IMG/VR virus record: IMGVR_UViG_3300045988_094648
Coordinates: 1-5,523 of that record
Origin: a virus
Reading direction: 5' to 3' (one strand)
DNA: 5,523 nucleotides
Part shown: positions 1 through 5,328 of the stretch, piece by piece
Position numbering within the stretch: the first letter of the stretch is position 1
Layout of the letters: each line of letters begins with the position of its first letter
Made by a program: the position numbers and the translations under genes
Notes under the pieces: model-generated
Database searches by the model: none
Told to the model about the DNA's origin: nothing
The model's input: the letters and a program-made list of their open reading frames with translations, nothing else

Positions 1-904
1 AGTCTATCTGGGCACGCACACGATTTACATACTTTAGCGCATTATCTTCGGTCTGACCTTTAGCCTGCAAGTACTCGACCAGAGACCGAGCATTAAGTTC
101 ACCTTGTATGTACTTTTCAGTCATCATTTTGACTTGATTCAAGCTTGTTTCGGAGTCAAGTCGTAAAATTTCATGCGCATTCTTCTCGATATCGCTATCA
201 ATTTTCGCGATTTCGTGAGGCAGTAAAGCATTAATCCGGTTTGTTTGCGCTCCGAGATTCGCAGTTGTCGCATTTGCGACGTCTGTCTGCGGACCGCTAA
301 TATATCGAGCCTCAGCATTGTATTTATCAATCTCAGACTGCGCTTTCGCAGTGCCGACACCTTTTGTGAAATCAGCACTGGCTTGTAAATTATTCGCATT
401 AGCAAGTAGCTGCACTAATTGAGTCTCTAACATAGCCTTTTTGTAATCTGCTTCTGTTGACGCGGCACGACCTTCCTGCGTCTTTTTATATGTATCCGCA
501 CTAAGATTCAAATTTTGCTGCTCCAAATTTTTTTCCTGCTGCTGTTGAATCTTTCGATTCGTCTTAGCAGAATACATACCAGTCATAGCATTAATACCAT
601 TAGAAACATCTGAACCATAACCAGTATAAGCATTAGAGGAATAAGAAGCGGTCGCGCCGGCAGGTGTCGACGCGCCTTGGCCACCCATGCCAGAAAGCAT
701 GGGATTCAAGCCGGCTTTACGCAAATCTTCAATCTCGCGCTGATGGGCCGTGGAAGACATCTTTTCTTGCCAATCACGAGTTTTTTGCGCTTCCTGCGAT
801 TGCCATTGCATCTGCTCACGCGAAAGTGCAGCCTGGGCATTAGCCGATTTATTACCCGACCATATACCAAGGGCGGCGCCGGCGACCGACGATAAAAAAC
901 TCAT
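1..904 (-). CDS. VP2: VP2 minor capsid / DNA pilot protein, N-terminal 301 codons. The ORF is open to the window edge and continues across the circular junction into 5468..5329.
   Basis: I translated the minus strand by hand. ATG is at 904..902, preceded by AAGGAG (920..915) with a 10-nt spacer. The frame is open all the way to position 1 (MSFLSSVAGAALGIWSGNKSANAQAALSREQMQWQSQEAQKTRDWQEKMSSTAHQREIEDLRKAGLNPMLSGMGG...). Position directly downstream of VP1, the Gly/Ala-rich N-terminus and the Q/N/K-rich coiled-coil-like body fit gokushovirus VP2. The ORF track omits it because it has no in-window stop. Confidence 0.8.
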   Translation of the reverse strand, partial: MSFLSSVAGAALGIWSGNKSANAQAALSREQMQWQSQEAQKTRDWQEKMSSTAHQREIEDLRKAGLNPMLSGMGGQGASTPAGATASYSSNAYTGYGSDVSNGINAMTGMYSAKTNRKIQQQQEKNLEQQNLNLSADTYKKTQEGRAASTEADYKKAMLETQLVQLLANANNLQASADFTKGVGTAKAQSEIDKYNAEARYISGPQTDVANATTANLGAQTNRINALLPHEIAKIDSDIEKNAHEILRLDSETSLNQVKMMTEKYIQGELNARSLVEYLQAKGQTEDNALKYVNRVRAQID

Positions 905-919
905 ACGTCATCAACTCCT

Positions 920-2611
920 TTAGAAATGATCAAGCATACCAGGAACACCATAAACCGGCATGGGGCGAGCGCATTTTAAATCTAAATACGCATCAAGGTA
1001 AAACTGCGGCTCACTTTGTACAGCACTAATACGCTTAATAGCCTGATAACTAGCCTGGTCCTGAATAAACTCGCCATTAAGTGCGGGTAAAGCATCAAAT
1101 TTTTGTGCAAAATGCCAAACATCAACACTCTGTGCATAGGTACTACGCATCTTGCCGGTAATGATAGAAGGATGATACCGGCATTCGGCATAGCGTTCCT
1201 GGTAACCAAAAACCTGATTGTCGCTATCATTGCCTTGAGCATAAATTTCCTTATTGAGCACGGCCTGCTCTCCAAGGTGAGCAAAAGTAGGCCAATAAAA
1301 CTCTTCACGAGTTTGGCGCAGCCATGTCTTATTAATGCCCTGCTGATAGCTCAAATCAGTACGAATATTACATAAACCAATAACAATTCCGTGCTCAGTA
1401 AACGACTTATTAAAACCATGAACACGCGTACTCATTAAAGCATACGCAGACAAGTTACCCTGTGGGGACGTGGTATCTGTGGAGGACGTCTGTTGAACAG
1501 GATTGAACATAATTGGAGTGGAATCACCACCGAGGTATTCACTGCGCTGGAGACGGGCATCGGGCGAAATAATACCAAAGTGCGAGCGGATAATCTCCGT
1601 GTAACGAGTACCACCACGAGCATCTTTTTCGTAAAACCGCTGGAGCGCAAAGGCAGAGCGCAAACTATTAATCGTGATTGCCGTTGCACTGGACAAATCG
1701 ACCCTCGCATGGCTCGAGTCGGCGGTACCGGAAACCGTCACGCTGCCAGACATCCAGACGGGAACGTTTATATCGGAATCGGACTGCATAGTTGCATAAA
1801 GTCTCGAGTCATTAGCTACTGACACAGGCGAGCCAGAAACACCCGAGGGCCGGGGCGAAATAGGCAATCGACCCCTTAAGCTGTCGTCATTAATACTACC
1901 AGTAGCGGAAACCGGAAGTGATCCAGTAATAGTTGCAGATTGGCCAAGAGGTAACTCTACGCCAGGACCCTTTTGAGGCCAGGGCAAGGCGCTCGTAAAA
2001 TAATCATGACGCTTACCACGATAAAAACATTGAGCAGCCGTAGCATCTTGCGAAGCATCACCACCATATGCGTCATCTTCCGAGGATGTCGAAGAAAGCG
2101 GTGCACCAGTTTGGATAGACACAGCATTTTGAAGATTTTCATCACGGAACCAGTCATTATAAATCTTCCAATACGCTCTAAACGGGAACGCACTTACAGA
2201 CAACTTATTTTTTACCTCAGTCGGAAAACCGAAATAGTCCCACAACGTCTGGACCTGTGCATTCGTAGCCGTCATCTGCGGCACTTCATAGTCTTTACTT
2301 TGATAGCCTGCAAGTGGATTTTCGCCATTAAATTCCTTCCAATGCTTCCATAATAAGCGATATGGGACGAAAAAAAAGAAGGTGTCTAAGTACGCATTAT
2401 CCATCGCCGGAACAATCGGCGTGGCCATACGACCAAAAAGCGTTGCCTTACAATTAAAAGTATCACCAGGGTAGACTTCATCAATATAAAATGGAACAAG
2501 TCGACCTGCATCCAGTGTGGTTTTTACTGTATGTGAGCGCTTGAAGGAAGACCGGGGAATTTGATTCTGAGGACTTATAGCAAAACTGTGCTGAGTAGCT
2601 CTTTTTGACAT
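920..2611 (-). CDS. VP1: VP1 major capsid protein, 563 aa.
   Basis: ORF from the track. The N-terminus ...IPRSSFKRSHTVKTTLDAGRLVPFYIDEVYPGDTF... is the classic gokushovirus/microvirus F-like capsid signature. An internal Ser/Thr/Gly-rich variable insertion is also present. The RBS AGGAGA lies 9 nt upstream of ATG 2611..2609. The TAA stop is at 922..920. Confidence 0.95.
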   Translation of the reverse strand: MSKRATQHSFAISPQNQIPRSSFKRSHTVKTTLDAGRLVPFYIDEVYPGDTFNCKATLFGRMATPIVPAMDNAYLDTFFFFVPYRLLWKHWKEFNGENPLAGYQSKDYEVPQMTATNAQVQTLWDYFGFPTEVKNKLSVSAFPFRAYWKIYNDWFRDENLQNAVSIQTGAPLSSTSSEDDAYGGDASQDATAAQCFYRGKRHDYFTSALPWPQKGPGVELPLGQSATITGSLPVSATGSINDDSLRGRLPISPRPSGVSGSPVSVANDSRLYATMQSDSDINVPVWMSGSVTVSGTADSSHARVDLSSATAITINSLRSAFALQRFYEKDARGGTRYTEIIRSHFGIISPDARLQRSEYLGGDSTPIMFNPVQQTSSTDTTSPQGNLSAYALMSTRVHGFNKSFTEHGIVIGLCNIRTDLSYQQGINKTWLRQTREEFYWPTFAHLGEQAVLNKEIYAQGNDSDNQVFGYQERYAECRYHPSIITGKMRSTYAQSVDVWHFAQKFDALPALNGEFIQDQASYQAIKRISAVQSEPQFYLDAYLDLKCARPMPVYGVPGMLDHF

Positions 2612-2643
2612 TTTTATGCATCTCCTAACATCTGTATTTAGCG

Positions 2644-2662
2644 CACCAATCTAACATTGGTG
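2644..2662. other. Second hairpin (caccaat-ctaac-attggtg, 7-bp stem) 3 nt from the first, just upstream of the VP1 RBS.
   Basis: Exact reverse-complement arms read from the sequence. Confidence 0.5.
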
Positions 2663-2665
2663 TCA

Positions 2666-2700
2666 GTCGTACCAGTTACATCAAGTGGAACTGGTACGAC
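2666..2700. other. Perfect 12-bp-stem hairpin (gtcgtaccagtt / aactggtacgac, 11-nt loop) in the VP3–VP1 intergenic region.
   Basis: The arms are exact reverse complements. Such a match is not expected by chance in 5.5 kb. It sits in the 161-nt non-coding gap upstream of VP1. Confidence 0.7.
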
Positions 2701-2772
2701 CTGAAAACGAAAGTGACAACCATGCGGTTTTTCAGCTTTTCTGATAAAAAGTGACATTTACTGAGAAAATGC

Positions 2773-3210
2773 CTAACCATTAGCATTATCGCCTGCATTA
2801 TTATCCACATTTTCCGTATGATTATCAGACTTAACAACGGTCTTGGTGGCAAGACCCATAGCCACAAGTTCGTCTAAATTTTCCGGATTATCGGCAAATT
2901 CCAGGAAAGCGGCGGGGTCGTAATTAAAACGCTTACGAACCTCCAATGGCAAATTGTCAAAGTTATTTTTAGCCTCTATCATACGATTGTACATCTCCTG
3001 TGCATTGTCCGGCAGTGATGCAAAATCACCAAAAACAGGCTGTGCCGGCTGTCCATCACCATGAAAAGTCGGCATAACACCAGAAGAATCATACATAGAG
3101 ACAATATAATTTATATCTGCCTCGTCTTTAAACTGCTGCTGAGTCAAGGAGGGCATACTAGATTTCCAACCTTCACGAACGCCTGCATTATACCTAGAGC
3201 GAATCTCCAT
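2773..3210 (-). CDS. VP3: VP3 internal scaffolding protein, about 145 aa from the internal Met. The track ORF extends to 3303, but the 5' extension lacks an RBS and overlaps the upstream gene.
   Basis: The sequence MEIRSRYNAGVREGWKSSMPSLTQQQFKDEADINYIVSMYDSSGVMPTFHGDGQPAQPVFGDFASLPDNAQEMYNRMIEAKNNFDNLPLEVRKRFNYDPAAFLEF... resembles gokushovirus scaffold proteins. AAAGGAG lies 8 nt upstream of ATG 3210..3208. Position immediately upstream of VP1. Size is typical. Confidence 0.75.
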   Translation of the reverse strand: MEIRSRYNAGVREGWKSSMPSLTQQQFKDEADINYIVSMYDSSGVMPTFHGDGQPAQPVFGDFASLPDNAQEMYNRMIEAKNNFDNLPLEVRKRFNYDPAAFLEFADNPENLDELVAMGLATKTVVKSDNHTENVDNNAGDNANG

Positions 3211-3472
3211 TAGCTTCACTCCTTTCAACATTAGCGCACTGCATGGCATGACAAATAAAAGTAGGCATATCATAAGGCTTAAGAATACCTTTCTCGTCAT
3301 CAAATTCTCCTAAGCAGTACAAATGGAAATCGCCGAGGTGCTGACTAACAAGACTCCGACTATCGTTACACAAATCACTAAAAGAACGGCCAGCAACCAG
3401 GTCATTTTGGGCAAAGTACGGCGTATTAAAGCACTGTGCCTTATCATCCAAGATTGAATAAACCTTAAGCAT
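3194..3472 (-). CDS. 92-aa VP5-like non-structural protein (putative). Its last 17 nt overlap the VP3 start.
   Basis: ORF from the track (MLKVYSILDDKAQCFNTPYFAQNDLVAGRSFSDL...LGEFDDEKGILKPYD...). AAAGGAG lies 10 nt upstream of ATG 3472..3470. Position between VP4 and VP3 is where gokushoviruses carry VP5. I recognise the family only weakly. Confidence 0.5.
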   Translation of the reverse strand: MLKVYSILDDKAQCFNTPYFAQNDLVAGRSFSDLCNDSRSLVSQHLGDFHLYCLGEFDDEKGILKPYDMPTFICHAMQCANVERSEANGDSL

Positions 3473-3508
3473 TTCGTAACAACTCCTTTTAAAATATTAA
3501 GAATAAAA

Positions 3509-3709
3509 TCAAAAATAGCGGAAACAATAACGGTCAAGATACGTGCGAGGATAGCGATTTTCCAACTCCTTTCTACTGTAAAAATATTTTGTTTTCCACG
3601 GCGAAAAACAAACAGCATCTGTAATATCAGTATTACGCGCCTTGCAATAAATCTGCCACAAATCTACTTCATCAAAGGACTCATACAATCGATGTACGTA
3701 TATACGCAT
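3509..3709 (-). CDS. 66-aa hypothetical protein. An alternative upstream ATG at 3775 would give 88 aa.
   Basis: A strong Shine-Dalgarno AAAGGAGGT sits 4 nt upstream of ATG 3709..3707 (MRIYVHRLYESFDEVDLWQIYCKARNTDITDAVCFSPWKTKYFYSRKELENRYPRTYLDRYCFRYF). It is on the coding strand between VP4 and the VP5-like gene. I recognise no homology. Confidence 0.4.
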   Translation of the reverse strand: MRIYVHRLYESFDEVDLWQIYCKARNTDITDAVCFSPWKTKYFYSRKELENRYPRTYLDRYCFRYF

Positions 3710-3838
3710 AATACCTCCTTTCACGAGAGGGAGTGTTGCTTGGAATAACAGAAAAGGATCGCTCAATTTAGACATAAAAAAATGCCCTCTCGTTGATACA
3801 ATAGTACCTTACGGGGGGGGCAAACTGTCAAGCAACAT

Positions 3839-4765
3839 CTACTCATACATATCCATATCATCATGTAGCCTTCGGACGAGCTTGGTTAGCTTACGAGCCT
3901 TTAACCGCTCTTGAACCTGGGCAACTTCATACTCTTCCGTTGTCATCGACTCGTCGCGACAATACTTGTCTTGGCGAGCCTTTTTAACTTTCTCATACAA
4001 ATCGGGGTCATCCTTTTCCAACAAGGAATCATAATACGCAGGTGGCTTACATGTCATCCCATCACGAATAACAATAAAGTCATTGGGATAAACCTGACTT
4101 TTATACTTTTCATACCAATCATGACCAAGACCTGGCATGCGTGACATCAAGACAAAAGGCTGCAGGGATTCGTCAACATCATCGCCTTTCTGCTTTTTCA
4201 TCACATAACGAGCAACATAAGCACACGATTCAAAAGTAACACCTCCAACCAAACTGAAGCCGTAGGGCCAAAGCCTTTCTAAAATTGGACTTCTATAATA
4301 CTGGAAGCCATTCTTAACCGTATGAATCATTAAATCCGGAAATCGTAAGCCAAAAATAACTGCATGGTAGTGCGGCCTTTTAAACTTATGGCCATACTCG
4401 CCGCAAGCGAAAAAGCGAAGGCCGTTACCAAACTTCTTACGAAGTCGCTTCATGAATTTCTGGAAAACATCTTTATGAATTTTACCATCTGCCGGCAGAT
4501 ATTCGGGGCTATACGTAAGCGTTAAAAAAGAACCAATACAACCAGCCGTTTCGAACTCATGTACACAACGCATGGCCCATTGCCGGCTATACTCAAGCCG
4601 GCAACCGACACACTGGCCACACGGAACATAAATTGTCTCCGGAAGTCTACCAAGTGGACGCCACGCATTTCCATAATTTGCCGTCAACGAACGCTTGCCG
4701 GTCTCTTTGTTTATCTCCTTACTATACCACATGGGAATGGGATGATAGCATGGCAAACAAATCAC
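3839..4765 (-). CDS. VP4: VP4 rolling-circle replication initiation protein (HUH endonuclease), about 305-308 aa.
   Basis: Motif I is FLTLTY. Motif II (HUH) is PHYHAVIF. Motif III is YVARYVMKK, the catalytic Tyr pair. There is also a Cys cluster CGQCVGCRLEYSRQWAMRC. The track start at 4765 is GTG, directly abutting GGGAGG. A TTG at 4756 has 8-nt spacing from GGGAGG and would give M/LPCYHPIPMWYS... Confidence 0.9.
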   Translation of the reverse strand: MICLPCYHPIPMWYSKEINKETGKRSLTANYGNAWRPLGRLPETIYVPCGQCVGCRLEYSRQWAMRCVHEFETAGCIGSFLTLTYSPEYLPADGKIHKDVFQKFMKRLRKKFGNGLRFFACGEYGHKFKRPHYHAVIFGLRFPDLMIHTVKNGFQYYRSPILERLWPYGFSLVGGVTFESCAYVARYVMKKQKGDDVDESLQPFVLMSRMPGLGHDWYEKYKSQVYPNDFIVIRDGMTCKPPAYYDSLLEKDDPDLYEKVKKARQDKYCRDESMTTEEYEVAQVQERLKARKLTKLVRRLHDDMDMYE

Positions 4766-4788
4766 CTCCCGGAGACTACAAACAAATG

Positions 4789-4902
4789 CTACATTCTAAA
4801 TCCACCGCGCATAGGGATGGGGCGATTATTTTTCGGATTAACCGTCATTCCACGACGGAAATTTTTACCACTCTTTTTTTTACTCATTTTCTGCCGTTTC
4901 AT
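4789..4902 (-). CDS. VP8: VP8/J-like small basic DNA-binding (packaging) protein, 37 aa.
   Basis: Manual translation gives MKRQKMSKKKSGKNFRRGMTVNPKNNRPIPMRGGFRM*. It has 13 Lys/Arg and no acidic residues. It ends in the PMRGGFR-type tail seen in gokushovirus ORF8/VP8 proteins. AAGGAG lies 10 nt upstream of ATG 4902..4900. It sits immediately upstream of VP4. It is missed by the track because of its size. Confidence 0.7.
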   Translation of the reverse strand: MKRQKMSKKKSGKNFRRGMTVNPKNNRPIPMRGGFRM

Positions 4903-4916
4903 ACAACATCAACTCC

Positions 4917-5012
4917 TTATAAAAAAACATCCAATACACTAATCACAAAAGAGACGACTAAAATGCCTAGCACAAGCCAACAAAACAATGCAACCGGCGT
5001 ACTAACCTTCAT
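4917..5012 (-). CDS. 31-aa single-pass transmembrane peptide. Hypothetical; candidate lysis or membrane-active peptide.
   Basis: Manual translation gives MKVSTPVALFCWLVLGILVVSFVISVLDVFL*. AAGGAGA lies 9 nt upstream. Its ATG (5012..5010) overlaps the TGA of the upstream ORF (ATGA). Its TAA (4919..4917) overlaps the VP8 RBS. The 21-residue uninterrupted hydrophobic core has a short polar N-terminus. Confidence 0.5.
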   Translation of the reverse strand: MKVSTPVALFCWLVLGILVVSFVISVLDVFL

Positions 5013-5173
5013 TTCTCGCCATCTCCTTTCATAATTTCCCAAAAATACTTAGACCGCTGCTCATGGGACAAATCATTAATCGACAGCGCATCAAAAACGC
5101 GCATCAAACGCAATGCAATCTTAATACGTTTATACTCATCATCTGAACAATAAATACTACGAGTTTTTCTCAT
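5009..5173 (-). CDS. 54-aa basic protein with an RHH-like (ribbon-helix-helix / MobC-CopG-like) N-terminal pattern. Putative DNA-binding regulator.
   Basis: Manual translation gives MRKTRSIYCSDDEYKRIKIALRLMRVFDALSINDLSHEQRSKYFWEIMKGDGEK*. GAGGTG lies 6 nt upstream of ATG 5173..5171. It is the first gene after a near-consensus promoter. The pattern is basic residues, then a short beta-like stretch (TRSIYCS), then DDEYKRIKIA, as in the RHH/MobC 'R..I.I.LS.EE...L...A' motif. The assignment is tentative. Confidence 0.5.
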   Translation of the reverse strand: MRKTRSIYCSDDEYKRIKIALRLMRVFDALSINDLSHEQRSKYFWEIMKGDGEK

Positions 5174-5192
5174 ATCTATCACCTCTATTAAT

Positions 5193-5216
5193 ATTCTAAC
5201 ACATACTTAATAGAAT
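5193..5216. promoter_or_regulatory. Inverted repeat ATTCTA-N12-TAGAAT overlapping the -35/-10 elements. Candidate operator.
   Basis: Plus strand 5193..5216 reads attctaacacatacttaatagaat. The 6-bp arms are perfect reverse complements. One arm is the -10 hexamer and the other abuts the -35. Confidence 0.3.
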
Positions 5217-5221
5217 GTCAA
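5193..5221 (-). promoter_or_regulatory. Sigma70-type promoter on the coding strand: -35 TTGACA (5221..5216), 17-nt spacer, -10 TAGAAT (5198..5193).
   Basis: Read directly from the sequence. The -35 is a 6/6 match and the -10 a 5/6 match with optimal 17-nt spacing. There is an A/T-rich UP-like stretch upstream (atctttttgtttgtatccta). It is followed 19 nt later by an SD+ATG. It is the only strong promoter match on the coding strand that I found. Confidence 0.6.
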
Positions 5222-5328
5222 TAGGATACAAACAAAAAGATGATAGCCGGCTAAACGCCATCGTACGTCACCGTTCCACTAATACGAAAGAAAAACAATT
5301 CCGCTGAGGCAGCCAAAGGGAAACCAAA

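Noticed and set aside
982-2193. Alternative-frame minus-strand ORFs nested in VP1 (982..1308, 1435..1710, 1957..2193) and in VP2 (139..405). These could be embedded E-like lysis genes.
   Set aside because: No SD or start context supports them. A 1.7-kb gene is expected to throw up ORFs of 80–110 codons in other frames by chance. Their hydrophobic or Arg-rich composition is what an off-frame reading gives. They remain possible but are unsupported from sequence alone.
2620-2647. dif-like XerCD site on the coding strand upstream of VP1 (GGTGCGCTAAA-TACAGA-TGTTAGGAGAT against E. coli dif GGTGCGCATAA-TGTATA-TTATGTTAAAT).
   Set aside because: Only the XerC arm matches (9 of 11). The central region and the XerD arm are poor. 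About 1 such 9/11 match is expected by chance in this window. It overlaps the hairpin and the VP1 RBS. There is not enough evidence for a temperate IMEX-style attP. It could be tested by looking for this phage as a dif-flanked prophage.
2654-2772. 39-codon ATG ORF on the coding strand inside the VP3–VP1 intergenic region (MSLFIRKAEKPHGCHFRFQVVPVPLDVTGTTDTNVRLVR).
   Set aside because: It has no SD. It runs straight through the hairpins and repeats, which are more likely cis elements.
3310-3618. 102-aa hydrophobic minus-strand ORF overlapping both the 66-aa and VP5-like ORFs.
   Set aside because: It is a different frame from two SD-supported genes. It has no RBS at its ATG or at the internal Met (3405). 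It looks like an off-frame artefact.
4874-4881. A8/T8 homopolymer inside the VP8-like ORF (the KKK codons), a possible programmed slippage site.
   Set aside because: Lys-rich basic proteins produce A-runs naturally. No alternative-frame product is evident.
677-5034. All '+' strand ORFs in the track: 677..895, 1103..1375, 1493..1822, 1973..2353, 3911..4144, 4559..4942 and 4633..5034.
   Set aside because: Each lies antisense to a well-supported minus-strand gene (VP2, VP1, VP4, or the small operon). None has an SD. Their compositions are low-complexity. Microviruses transcribe one strand only.
5296-5328. Possible rho-independent terminator just after the VP2 stop (gctg-cct-cagc followed by aattgtttttctttcg).
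   Set aside because: The stem is only 4 bp, too weak to call a terminator. The T-rich tract alone is not enough.
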